Of a stretch of DNA of 64,000 nucleotides, positions 1-11,956 are shown in pieces. The DNA is taken from the NCBI RefSeq assembly GCF_006345805.1, contig NC_043006.1, positions 18,910,001-18,974,000 of the forward strand. Direction: 5' to 3'. The translations under genes were made by a program, and so were the position numbers. This DNA is from Octopus sinensis. Lineage: Eukaryota. Below the pieces are notes generated by a model, which was given only the letters and a program-made list of their open reading frames with translations, was not told where the DNA came from and made no database searches. The first letter of the stretch is position 1, and each line of letters starts with the position of its first letter.

Positions 1-864
1 TCGCTTCGCCCCTTTGCGACGATATTTCTTTTCATAAGGATATCTTACAATCTTGATTTATTTGTTGCATAAACATATAGAATGAAAGAAATATTTTCCA
101 TTGACAGGCTAAACAACAACAATAACAATAACAATAACAAACATAATAGGATTCTCCCCAAATCAAATCAATGTCAAATTTTATACTTTTGTGAGTTGGC
201 ATATTTATAATCTATAATACTATGTGCGCTCATATTAAACTGGTAAAATAGCTGATATAATATTATAAATACCATCATTTATCTTTCAGATATATTGGTT
301 TCGTCGTCACCATATCTTGAAAATGAAATATTTTGATTAATTTTTTATATAATATAAACTGGTATAACCTATTCTTTTCATTGTAAGGTTATACTTGAGC
401 TCAGTTTTTATTTTAGATCTTGCTATGGGTTTGTTGTTATTTGTCATAGTGTTTGTCTGTTAGAATTTTATGCCTTTATTCTGTATTATTTCAAACAGAA
501 ATCAATACATTATATAACAATTATACTGACAGAAGCATTCGATCATATTTTCAACGTGGATTCAGATTTCAAGATCTTGCAAATTTTTTCTGCTTGACAT
601 CATAGAATACCTTATGTGCCGATCATATGATACTTTTATGTATTTGTTGGTTGAGTTCTTCATAAGCTGAAAACAAATGTAAAATTTGATTTAAAATATG
701 ATTGTAAGAATAAGATCAGGAAAAAACATTTTTTCGTGCAAATGTGATATGTCGTAGTAAATCGCTTCCAGTTTTGTAGATGTAATACTGCAGCTGCAAC
801 ACAAATGGTTTTATAGTCTCTTGATTAATATATCATATATCACATATTTGTATATCATATGTTG

Positions 865-931
<67 letters not shown>
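865..931. repeat. (AT)n microsatellite
   Basis: Near-pure AT dinucleotide run; one of many in the window, not all of which are listed. Confidence 0.95.
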
Positions 932-1465
932 CGATATAGTGTATATTTATACACATAAGGAATCCACTTTAACGTGAATTCAACACATTAGAAAGAACAG
1001 CTAGTTACTGTAAACCACAAAAATAACGGAAATACTGTATATATATATATACACCGAATAATCGTACGAAATAAACCACAATCAGCAACAGAAGAAGCAT
1101 AGATTGACTTCGTCTTCATCTGTCCGTCTATGAGTAAAGATCTAAGTCCTTTGAATGGGCAAGTATTTAATCTCTGTCATAGAGAGCAGTACAAAATATA
1201 TTGACAGTGTGTGTCTGCTGGCTACGGTTGTAATGCAAGCTGTAAAATTTCTGTTTTCTCTACTTTCTGTCTTTCACCTCCCACTTTTCTGTTTTGTCTC
1301 TCTTTTTCACACTCCCTTCTTGAAGAGAATAATAGAATACGAAAAAACTAACACCACTCTTTTCTATTACTATGACTGAAAGGCAAACCGGAAAAAATTG
1401 CTTTTCTCTACTTTTCTACTTGACGACCCCTGTCTAAGCTTTTGCTTTTCTCTTTCACGATCTCT

Positions 1466-1707
1466 TGTGATGAGAGTTACGACGCCTGCTTACTGGTACG
1501 AATAGTAATGATCCGAGTGAATTCAAGGTTCAGAGTTCGGAGTTGAGAGTAGTTCGTGTTAGTTCGAAGTGAAGTCGGAAGGTGCCGGCTGGTTAGTTCA
1601 CAAGGAATATTGAATATTGTTGGTTCCTAAAGAGATGTGTTAGTTCGTTACATTGTTTTACTGTTGTCTGATTATCTTATTTCGAAGTTAGCGTTGGTTA
1701 TTTAACA
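1466..1707 (+). repeat. 5' LTR (may extend upstream to about 1372)
   Basis: Begins TGTGATGAGAGTTACGA, ends TTTAACA; similar along its length to 3779-4025. Confidence 0.75.
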
Positions 1708-1732
1708 ATTTGTTCGTGATGCTTGTTGAATA

Positions 1733-2400
1733 ATGGACACCTATTAGCTCTCATAGTACAGTTGCAAAAGCAACAACAAAACCAGCAACAGGAGTTGCAG
1801 AAGCAACTATTACAGCAACAACTACAGCAGCAACAATTATTGCAGCTATATTCAAAGAAGTCCTAAAATGAGTTAAGTTCGTTTTCGCCAGACGGCGTTT
1901 CCAATTCGATTAATGAATTCAGTTATAACCCACAGGAGAGTCTAACTTTTTGCATCGTGCTACAGAATGTATCGAAGTCAGATTGTTATTGCGAAAATTA
2001 GCTCCGTTCGAACATGAACGTTACTGTAATTTCATATTGCCAAAAAAAAAGCATAATAATAATGAAGTTTGTTTTAAAGAAACAATAGAATTACTAACAT
2101 ATTCGGTGATAAAAAATTCTCTATATAATACTCGAATGAAGTGTTGGACTATAACGAAAAAAAGAGAACGATGATTTTATCACATACGTAGGAACAGTCA
2201 GCAGGATGTGTGAAAGTTTTAGACCCAAAGAACTTATACCTGAGATTTTCAAGTGTCTTATTTTCGCACAAAGCCTTACAGCAGGGAAAGATAGAGAAAC
2301 TCGGGTAAGAATTCTTTCTAAATTGGAACAAGTGAAACAAGATCTAACCTTACAGTCCGTAGCAGAAGAAGGCCAAAGGATGGGTAAACCTGAAAAATGA
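1733..2400 (+). pseudogene. gag remnant
   Basis: Q-rich N-terminus, then SFSPDGVSNSINEFSYNPQESLTF, LLLRKLAPFEHERYCNFILPK and FKCLIFAQSLTAGKDRETRVRILSKLEQ, typical of K02A2.6-like gag; frameshifts and stops present. Confidence 0.85.
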
Positions 2401-2689
2401 TGTAGAACAAATTCAAGAAAAGGATTCCTTAAAAATACAGATATAGTGACCGGAAAAGTACAACCAAAAAATAAGCGTCACGTCCTAATCAATATTATGG
2501 ATGTGTGGGCATACATTTCAGAAAAGATTGCTCATTTAAAAATCAAAAACGCTACAGTTGCAAAGGAATTGGTCACAAGAATGTACACTGCAGAACAAAA
2601 TTATGAAGGTCAAACGTTAAAAATTCTGGAGTGCTCTCATAAGACACAAAAATCGATTCCCAAATAAGAAAATCCGTACGCAAAAAATA

Positions 2690-2975
2690 AATGAAAAAAC
2701 ATTAAACTTCAATTGGATATTGGAAGTGGTAGTTCAATGATAAATATTGACATAAAAAAATAGGGAAACCTATGTTGAGAAAAACAGCGAAATCTGCTGG
2801 TAGCGTGACAGGCGCCAAATTAAATTTCATAGGCGAAATGTGGAATAATGTCACATTTCGAAGAAAGACATGCAATGCAAAAATCTTCGTCGTTAAAAAT
2901 ACAACCGATTTGTTTGGTACCGATTCTTTAGCATTGTTCGATTTATGGGACCTCCCCATAAATCTCTATTGTTAA
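2690..2975 (+). pseudogene. Aspartic protease remnant
   Basis: LQLDIGSG (degenerate D-T-G-S active site) and C-terminal LFGTDSLALFDLWDLPIN. Confidence 0.75.
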
Positions 2976-3029
2976 AACGTAAATGATTGTCCCAATAAAA
3001 AATACTCTCGGACAAACTAAGTCCATGCA

Positions 3030-3440
3030 CGGAGACTGGGAGCCCATAGTCCAGGATATGTATCGACTATGCTGGACCAGTGAATAGATAATGACGTGGT
3101 ACTAACGAAACTTTTAAGAGTATAACGAATAACGTCAAATCTAAATAACAGCAGAGTTAATGTTCACGTGTAAAATAACATCGATCTTCGATAAATTATT
3201 ACCAGGAAAATATACATATTAGTGAAAGATAAAAAAATACATTTGAAGTAAATACAAGAATTATCGACAACACATTTCGAAGTAGGAGATAAAGTTCATT
3301 TTAAAAATTACAAAAATAGTGAAGAAAGTTGGGAGGATGGTTGTGTAATCCAGATATTAGTTAACATGAAGTATTTAATTAAAGGACAACGTTCGGAACA
3401 TAAGAGACACCTTAAGCAGTTAAAGAACGAATGGTAATAC
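3030..3440 (+). pseudogene. Integrase fragments
   Basis: P*SRICIDYAGPVN (PWSRIHIDYAGP motif) and C-terminal FEVGDKVHFKNY...WEDG...KRHLKQLK; the catalytic core is largely deleted. Confidence 0.75.
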
Positions 3441-3778
3441 CAATGGAAGTCCTCTATGATATGTTTGAAATGCCAGCACCGAGAGATACTGAACCCCGTA
3501 GAACTAACTTCAGAAAGCGAAAACAGACTGAATATCTGGAAGTAATACCTAAGCGAAGAAGATATTGAAATTTCAACCCCACCCCACCGAAAAAAAACAA
3601 GAGTGCTCAGTACAACTAAAATAGTGTTGTATGTAATGAACAATACTACCTTTAACGTGGTGCAACAATTAAGATACAACAGCTAAAACAAACAAAGAGG
3701 GAGATGTGTTGGAAAGAAAACAAAATGAAAGAAATTCCATTTTTCTCACAGTAGTGGGAATCTCAAAATGGGATATGT

Positions 3779-4025
3779 TGTGATGAGAGTTACGATGTCC
3801 CCCTGCTAGGGATAGACTTGTCCGAGTAAAGTATAAATAATAACGATCCGAGTGATTTCAAGCTTCAGAGATCGGAGTCGAGTGAAGTTCGTGTTAGTTC
3901 GTGAAGTTCGTCAAGTCGGAAGGTTTCGGTTAGTTAGTTCACAAGGAATATCTATTTTTAGTTCGTTAAATTATTTTACTGTTGTCTGGTTACCTTATTT
4001 ATTGTTCGTAACACATTACGTTACA
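3779..4025 (+). repeat. 3' LTR (may begin at 3705, after the PPT)
   Basis: TGTGATGAGAGTTACGA...GTTACA; polypurine tract AAAGAGGGAGA at 3694-3704. Confidence 0.75.
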
Positions 4026-4029
4026 ATAG

Positions 4030-6640
4030 GATTCCTCCTCAAAGAGAGTAGATCAAGAAAGTAATAAATTCACTGATTTTCTCCTTTTCTTAAACCATAT
4101 CCACTTTTAACTTCTACCAGGCTAACTGGAAGTTAATTGAAAAACAGATACACCAACAAAATTGACTTAAATGTCTCTCTATGCAATGGATGGATGGAAG
4201 CACTCCGTCGGTTACGACGATGAGGGTTCCGGTTGATACGATCAACGGAACAGCCTGCTCGTGAAATTAACGTGTAAGTGGCTGAGCACTCCACAGACAC
4301 GTGTACCCTTAACGTAGTTCTCGGGGATATTCAGCGTGACACAGAGAGTGACAAGGCCGGCCCCTTAAAATACAGGTACAACAGAAACAGGAAGTAAGAG
4401 TGAGAGAAAGTTGTGGTGAAAGAGTACAGCAGGGATCACCACCAACCCCTGCCGGAGCCTCGTGGAGCTTTTAGGTGTTTTCGCTCAATAAACACTCACA
4501 ACGCCAGGTCTGGGAATCGAAACCGCGATCCTACGACCGCGAGTCCGCTGCCCTAACCACTGGGCCATTGCGCCTCCACTCTCTCTCTATGCAAGATATA
4601 AATCATAAACAGTTAATGTCAATAATGCCACCATAAGTGTTAAATTTGTGCCATACAAGAAATCCATTACATACAAAGCCATCATCCCACGCGATAGGAG
4701 GCTCCTTATGAAAAGAACAAAGTTCTTCAATCACTTAAATAAACAACTTAATGATAGTGAGAAATCACTCCTCATAGAAAAGGAAAGGGTAGAAAGAGAA
4801 AACAGGACGGTGAAAAGTATAAAAATGAATCCTAAAGCCTTCTAAATATTTGTGAAAGAATCCGCCTCGGCGCACTACAAGATAGGGCCACTGTTTGTAA
4901 CCGGTTGCTCACAAGCTTCAAACCCCTGGAGGATAAGTGAAGAGCTAAATAAAAACAAAATCCAAACAGCCTTCGCCTTTCCTCAAGGAAATATGTAAAT
5001 AAGCAAGTGGGGTGAGTTTTTCAACACTGCATGGAAAAGAGACAACCGTCGATTACATCGACTTAAATGAGGAAGATGTAAAATCGGTCGCTAATGATTT
5101 GAATTCAAATTCAACAACGGAGTTTTGGGTTTTTGAATGTTCTCTTGAAGTCATGCAAGAGAGCTCTCGAAAAATTACTGCAGATACTTGTTCAGAGTCT
5201 CCTTGCATGGTACGAAAAACGTGGTAAACTTAAAAGAAGGTATAATATGCCCTGTCCCGAAAGGAGAGAGCAGGTCAGATGCAGAAACTTCCAGGCTTAT
5301 CTCTCTGACTTCATGTTAGCAAGCTGATAGAACGCATTTTCAGAAAGAGTCTGATCATATTTCTAGAAGAAAATAACTTGCTCACAAACACACAACATGT
5401 CTTCCGTCCAAGAAGAAGTTGCTTCACGTACAACATTATGGCTAAGTACTGAAATAGTAGTTCATACACTCAAATGTGAATGTGTAATATTTAAACTTTA
5501 CCAAGAACTTTGATAAAATTGATCATGAAATGATATTTTACAAAGTGTGACATTGGTGTCGCTGAAAAACTGGGTGAGTGGCTGCCTGATATTTTAAAAG
5601 ACAGACGTAACACAGTTCTTTGGGGAAACATCAATTTTCAGCAGAGTTCGTCAATGAACTGTACTAGTACCAATACTGTTTGTGGTGGTTCTCTCAGACA
5701 CGCCTTCAGCCATACAGTCAGATGATACAAAAGTATCGCAGGTAGTCAAGAACCCTTTGTTATGCTAAAGTATCACAGGCGGCCAAGGATCATTTGATAC
5801 ACTAAAACTGCAATACACAATGAGTTGATGAGACTAGCATGCAGTTCAATACCGAGAAGTTCCAATCACTTCACTATCGGTCCACAAACAGACTACAATC
5901 GGAATACACAGAGCCAGAATGTAGTGCAGTCTCAGACTCAGAGACAATACGGGACTTGGGAATCCACATGAATAATGAAACATTCCATGTGCTTAGTACA
6001 AAGATGGCAACCCTGTGCAAGAGAATAGCTAGATGGATCATTCAGAACCATGAAAATGGATACCATACTACTACTATGGCGAACTTCCATTCTCAGTCTG
6101 AATTCCTACTCCTAACTGTGGTCACCACAGAACAACAAATTGGTGGCGGAAGTTGAGGCAATTTAGCGCCATTATGCAAAGAAGGTTGAATAGGTGAAAC
6201 AGATGAGACACTCAGAGAAGCTAAAGGAACTGAAGCCCTACTCCCGGGAGAGAAGGCGATAAAGATATGAAGTGATATACGTATGGAAGATCCTGGAAGG
6301 TCTACCTTCCTTTTGAATTGAATGCTATACCAACCACATAGTACCACTGATCCCGTCTACTCTATTTAGAATAATGATCCAGTACTGTAACAGCCTGGGT
6401 TTCAAGGGTCCACGACTATTCAGTATTCTGTCAAATAGGTTCAGAGATTTGCGAAATGTGGATGTGAAGATCTTCAAAGAGCGTTTGCAAAAAATTCTAT
6501 CTTAGAACCCATATGAACCCATATCGCAGCAGGAGGCACAAAGAAGAGCAGCAATAGCCACCTAGCTACTTCACGAGATGCAATACAAAAACGAAATGTA
6601 ATCACACTACAAGGCGGTGCCCCAGTATGGTCCATTCCCA
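4030..6640 (+). mobile_element. Degenerate CR1/L2(jockey)-type LINE remnant, interrupted by a SINE
   Basis: Fragmented RT motifs: EEDVKSVANDLNSNS, a QH(V)FRPRRSC-like motif, a DF.K.FDK.DH-like motif and DDTK; 3' region ends AAGGCGGTGCCCCAGTATGG. Confidence 0.7.
4187..4581 (-). mobile_element. tRNA-derived SINE family A, full length
   Basis: A box TGGCCCAGTGG, B box GGTTTCGATTCC, (TCCA)n tail, 13-bp TSD TCTCTCTATGCAA (4174-4186 and 4582-4594). Confidence 0.95.
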
Positions 6641-7459
6641 AACCTTACCTTTCTCTATTACGAGGAAGACATTATTTCAGTCACCGACTACTGCTGCCAC
6701 TCTTCAAGGCTCTAGTGAAACTCACAAGAAAAACTGCACCTAAATCTGAAAAGGTACTGTATTACGTGGGCTGAGAGTTCGAATCTCTTCTTAGGTTACA
6801 ATGATGCTCTCTACTATTCGGAGCCAGATGCTCGCATAACTCTGTCGATGATGTATTTCTAATCCATTCATCTCTCCACCTCCCATCATTATAGATTTCC
6901 AAACGCTTCAAGCTCTTATAATAACCACTATTCCAATTCCTTTATCGGCAGAACATCGGTTCGGTGAAATCTTATCTTTCATCATGGCTTTCCCACATTT
7001 GTTGACATTCAACAGTTTAAACGGAGCATTAACGACAATAAACTTACTGGTCAATAAACGTCATGGTTTCTGGCCAAAACCAAGCGTTGCATCGTGTAGT
7101 TTAAGATGTATCTTACAGATGAAATAAATTATATTTCTTGGTTGGTGTGATTTCTCAAGGGAAGGAGATCAAAGAAAAACGAGGAGGCCACATCGTAGTC
7201 GTTTAACTGCTAAGCCTGACAACTCCATTCCCAATGTACTTTACCATCTTACTTAAAGACCAAGTACATTAATTATAAAGACATGATGGTGTTGACTGAG
7301 GCCGTTGGTCAAATTTTGCTTCATCTGGGTATGATTGGAGGTTAAACAGCATCACCAATAACAACTACTACTACTACCGCAATCCCCACCGACACGGTTG
7401 CTGCTGCTGCTGCTGCTACTACTACTACTACTGCTGCTACTGTTACTACTATTGCAGAA

Positions 7460-7571
7460 GAACGTAAAATAAAGTGTCTTGCTCAAGAACACAGCACACA
7501 GTCCGGTCCGGAAATCGAACTCACTACCTCATGATTCTGAGCTCGACGCTCTAACCACTGAGCCATGCGCC
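7460..7571 (-). mobile_element. SINE family D head fragment (CORE-like)
   Basis: tRNA-like head followed by TGTGTTCTTGAGCAAGACACTTTA, matching the element at 12659. Confidence 0.75.
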
Positions 7572-7752
7572 TTTACTACTACAACTACTCAAACATAATT
7601 TGTGGTTAAAGATATTTCTCACCGTATATTTCTGAATTACGTAGAAATTCAAGCCAGGAAAATGACAGTAGTTTCCAATCGATTTTTTAAAGCTTATAAA
7701 ATATCTAAACCTATGGCCAGAAAGTGAAGAGTATTTATTCTTTATTCTGACT

Positions 7753-8126
7753 GTGTGGAAGCACTCCGTCGGTTACGACGATGAGGGTTCCGGTTGATCC
7801 GAATCAACGGAACAGCCTGCTCGTGAAATTAACGTGTAAGTGGCTGAGTACTCCACAGACACGTGCACCTTTAACGTAGTTCTCAGGGATATTCAGCGTG
7901 ACACAGAGGGTGACAAGGCCAGCCCTTTGAAATACAGGTACAACAGAAACAGGAAGTAAGAGTGAGAGAAAGTTGTTGTGAAAGAGTACAGCAGGGATCA
8001 CCACCAACCCCTGCCGGAGCCTCGTGGAGCTTTTAGGTGTTTTCGCTCAATAAACGCTCACAACGCCCGGTCTGGGAATCGAAACCGCGAGTCCGCTGCC
8101 CTAACCACTGGGCCATTGCGCCTCCA
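7753..8126 (-). mobile_element. SINE family A
   Basis: Near-identical to 4187-4581; 13-bp TSD CTTTATTCTGACT; 14-bp head deletion between ACCGCG repeats. Confidence 0.95.
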
Positions 8127-8569
8127 CTTTATTCTGACTACTTAGAGTAGCAACAGCATCGCGTCAAAATAAATGCATTTTGAATAGTGATTGTACTATT
8201 GATATGTCAGTTTTATTTCCACCCAGGATAAAGAAATGATCGATAGATCAGGACATTGACATAACCACAGCAGGACTCTAAGACTTCCAGTGGATTATAT
8301 TCTTCTACAATTGATTATATTCCAGCACAATATAAATGCAGGAGGAAGTGCGCTGTCAATTTAAGGAAACGGAAGGTATATGTTGAAGAGCGTTTCAATT
8401 GATAGACGTAACCAATGCTCAGCAGGAAATACGCCAACAAATATATTTATTCTCTTACTTTCCTTTAAATATGAAACGTCTACAATCCATAGCTAGTGAT
8501 GTTCTAAGATTAGAGATAGCAGAAAGACTCGTCTGCCACATGCTTCCTTTTCTACTGTGAGGCTTGAAT

Positions 8570-8900
8570 GCTGAAAGGTATGTGCATCTCTGATCACGAG
8601 CAGAAGTAGTGGGGAAGCATCATAGCCATGTCTTTGGGGTTTGAATAATTCACCTCAAAGAGTGTGCCTCATTCTCATCCTTAAACAGCCCTTATTCAGA
8701 GACATTCTGAGTGGGATGGGCTACTCAACCTGAAGAAAATTCTAACTGGGCCCCACCTGCAAGGTCATGTACTGTTTATCTTGATATGAGAACACCATGT
8801 CATACACATATGGTTGTGATGCATGTACCTGGTGTACCCTTATCAGACGGGTTGTCATAATGGGTATACTGAGCTATGTATATTTTACCCTGGCATGCAC
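8570..8900 (+). repeat. Probable old interspersed repeat (SINE/LINE tail)
   Basis: Resembles a repeat I recall from octopus sequence; single copy in this window, so not verifiable here. Confidence 0.35.
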
Positions 8901-8924
8901 TGCTCTCTCACTCAGTAATATGAC

Positions 8925-9146
8925 TTCAATATTGGTTTTAAATTTTGGAACAAAGCCAGTAAGTTCACGGGTGGTGGTAAGACGATTACATCGACCCCAG
9001 GGCGCACTGGTACATACTTTATCGACTCCGAAAGGGTGAAAGCCCAAGTCGACATCGGCAGAATTTGAGTTCAGTATGTAAAGAAAGACGAAATACAGCT
9101 AAGCATTTTTCCGGTCGTGCTAACATTTCTGCCAGCTTGCAGTCTT
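8925..9146 (-). mobile_element. SINE family C, older subfamily
   Basis: Diverged match to the head and TTTCATCCTTTCGGGGTCGATAAA core of family C. Confidence 0.8.
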
Positions 9147-9151
9147 ATTTA

Positions 9152-9372
9152 AGGCGGTGAGTTGGCAGAATCGTTAGCACGCCGGGCAGAAATGCTTAGC
9201 AGCCTTTCGTCTATCTTTTAGGCTCTGAGTTCAAATTCTGCCGAAGTGGACTTTGCCTTTCATCGTTTCGGGGTCGATAAAATAAGTAACATTTGAACAC
9301 TGGATGTAATCGACTTAGCCCCTACCCGAATATTGCTGGGCCTGCGCCAGAATTAGAGAGCAATATTAATTT
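9152..9372 (+). mobile_element. SINE family C, older subfamily
   Basis: AGGCGGTGAGTTGGCAGAATCGTTAGC head, GAGTTCAAATTC B box and family C core; head-to-head with the preceding copy. Confidence 0.85.
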
Positions 9373-9748
9373 GTGCCTACGTGTGTATAAGTATGTGTGT
9401 AAATATGTATGTGCTTTATATATCTTTAGGCTATGCCTATGCATGCATATGTGTGTGTGTGTGTGTATGTGTGTGTGTGCGTGTGTGTATGTGCGTGTGT
9501 GTGTGCATGTGTGTGTTTGTGCGTGATCATCTCCATTTGCAACGCATGCTTACGTAAAAATTCTAAATGAATATTCACATAATGTTTGCGGTTTTAGACA
9601 ATGGAAAGGCACTCCATCAGAAATACATCGTGGCAACACGCCTTCGATGCAAATCTGATGAAGTGCCTCTCAAATGTCTAACATTACAAGCATTACGTGA
9701 ATTTCCACTTAGGAATTTTGCGTAAACTGGCGTGGGAATTGGAGATGG

Positions 9749-9749
<1 letters not shown>

Positions 9750-9786
<37 letters not shown>

Positions 9787-9856
9787 ACACACACACGCAC
9801 GCACGCACACACACACATATATATACATACATATATATACATATACATATATAAAT

Positions 9857-9916
<60 letters not shown>

Positions 9917-9921
9917 GTATA

Positions 9922-9972
<51 letters not shown>
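9750..9972. repeat. Compound (CA)n/(TA)n microsatellite
   Basis: Direct reading. Confidence 0.95.
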
Positions 9973-9977
<5 letters not shown>

Positions 9978-10063
9978 TAATCCAAAGAAGAAAACAAAAA
10001 AATACAACAACGCAAGGACGTGGAACAAATAAAGTATTATTGGACGCTCAGGAAAGAAGGGAA
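9973..10063 (-). repeat. Terminal fragment of a PLE-type pseudo-LTR family, same family as 50252-50560
   Basis: About 90 bp nearly identical to 50252-50345; both copies begin directly after (TA)n. Confidence 0.7.
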
Positions 10064-10080
10064 ATATATATATATATTTA

Positions 10081-10360
10081 CTTTATTTAAAGCAGCAGAA
10101 AATTCAACAAAACCTGTTAGTCTGAGTTTCCCGTTGCCGTTCATCGGACAGTTTTTGCTATATAATTTTTTTTAGCTTAAGGAATAATCAGTGGATTTCT
10201 TAGGTAAGGGGAGGTAAAAACTGTCCGATGAACGGCAACAGGAAACTCAGAGTAACAGGTTTTGTTGAATTTTCTGCTGCTTTAAATAAAGCATATTACT
10301 CTACCACTGGTATTTGAGTACTCTTTTTTCCACCTTGTTTCACATTTATGTGTTTACTCC

Positions 10361-10361
<1 letters not shown>
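10081..10361. repeat. Fold-back element with 76-bp inverted arms (probable PLE pseudo-LTR end)
   Basis: Arms 10081-10156 and 10216-10291 differ at 2 positions; the right arm runs on to (TA)n. Confidence 0.85.
10221..10258 (+). ncRNA. Minimal type-I hammerhead ribozyme-like motif (U4C core); mirror copy on the minus strand at 10114-10151
   Basis: CTGT-CCGATGA-A-CG-GCAA-CA-G-GAAA-CT-CAG-AGT-A-ACAG: stem I CTGT/ACAG, stem III ACT/AGT, GUA triplet with predicted cut after 10254. Confidence 0.6.
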
Positions 10362-10408
<47 letters not shown>

Positions 10409-10417
10409 TACATGCAT

Positions 10418-10467
<50 letters not shown>

Positions 10468-11956
10468 TGAGATTTAATGTAAAAAAGCACAGAAATCTTG
10501 TTTGCGTAGATAAAGATTATTTATCGCTAATCAGGACCGAATAATATGATTTTTTTTTATTTTTTAATCTTGCGTAGAAGTAGATATGAAACAGTTTTCC
10601 GTTTATATATGAGGGTTTAGCTGAAAAGGGATAATCAGTGAATATAATGTTTTTTAGCTAAAGGAATAATCGGTGGATTTCTTAGGTAAGGGGAGGTAAA
10701 TCTTTTGCTTTTTTCAGGCTGGATTTTTATTTGTGAATTCCTATATTCATTCTGGTTTGTATTTTTTTCAATAATATGAAATGTCTTTTAAATGTTCATA
10801 CCATTCAATGATATAAAAAATGTGGATAATATTTTTGATAAATTTTTTGGGTCTAGTGCATTGTATTATTGTCTTATTCAAACCAACGGATTCAATATCT
10901 TCTATTCTCTTCTTGTCACCACGAAAAATACTAAAATAACATAAACTCGGAATAGCAATTATCTTCATTCTATCCATGCACCTGAAACACTTCAATCCAA
11001 TTCCGTTTGAATAAGGAAAGTATACTCATTAAAACTATAAAACAACAGCTGAATATCCTTTAGAAAGAAGAAAAAACACTAAAGAGAAAAACGAAAAAGA
11101 CCCAATTTCACCGCAAAAAAACAACAACAATCAGATACAACAGATATAATTTAAGTACCTTTAGTAACAGTCTTCCACATGGGTTTCGAAACCGCAACTC
11201 CAAATCACCATACACGAACACAGTACAAACACCAGTTGCTGACGTCACCTAACTCTAGACCAATGAAATTCTACTTCCGATCAAAACCGTTCTGCAGCAA
11301 ATACAATAAAATGATCATTTAAGAGAATCCACCAACTGGAACGGTTGGTGACCGTTCCGCACAGGGAAGCCAACCAGGCAGAACGGCAAATTTGACCACC
11401 AGAAAAACAAGATGTCACCAGTACTTTAACGAATCAAAAATCAGATCCGTTCACGGAAAAAAATTATAAATACAATGGATTCCAAAATATGCCGTTACAA
11501 GCGAAAGTCCCTGCACACCGCGGTAACAGAATCACAGAAACTCTAAACAAAGACCTTTTTTTTTTTGCTATTTTCATTCTTCCCTTGTTTTTCACCCTCT
11601 TAACTTAGTAAGACTAAAACTTTGATGATCTACATTTTTTGTCGGTCACTACTAATACTATTGAAATTTGTGCATTTTAAACAAGAGTATCCACATATTT
11701 TATATTATTAAATGTTATGAACATTTAAAAGACATTTCATATTATTGAAACTTGTAAATATTGAAACTTTTAAACAACTTTTTCTAACACATAATTTAAA
11801 ATTTTTACCATTAATAAACAAACAAATATTGTTGATATTAGTTTGGTATATAGACAAATAAATATATGTAAAATCAATTAGAGGTTTTGCAAATATAGCT
11901 GCATTTTCAACAACAAATTTGCCTATATGCACCTCCTCTTTTGTTATAAATCTTCT

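Larger units (their letters stand above)
1466..4025 (+). mobile_element. Degenerate, internally deleted Ty3/gypsy LTR retrotransposon (K02A2.6-like)
   Basis: Two related TG...CA LTRs bracket gag, protease and integrase remnants in the correct order; no RT/RNase H motifs seen; no TSD found. Confidence 0.85.

Noticed and set aside
4500-4578. tRNA genes
   Set aside because: The A/B boxes are heads of multi-copy SINEs with bodies, tails and TSDs; no complete cloverleaf.
11620-11680. TTTGATGA...TTGAAATTT hammerhead candidate in the array's pseudo-LTR
   Set aside because: Stems cannot be drawn consistently across the three copies; too degenerate to call.
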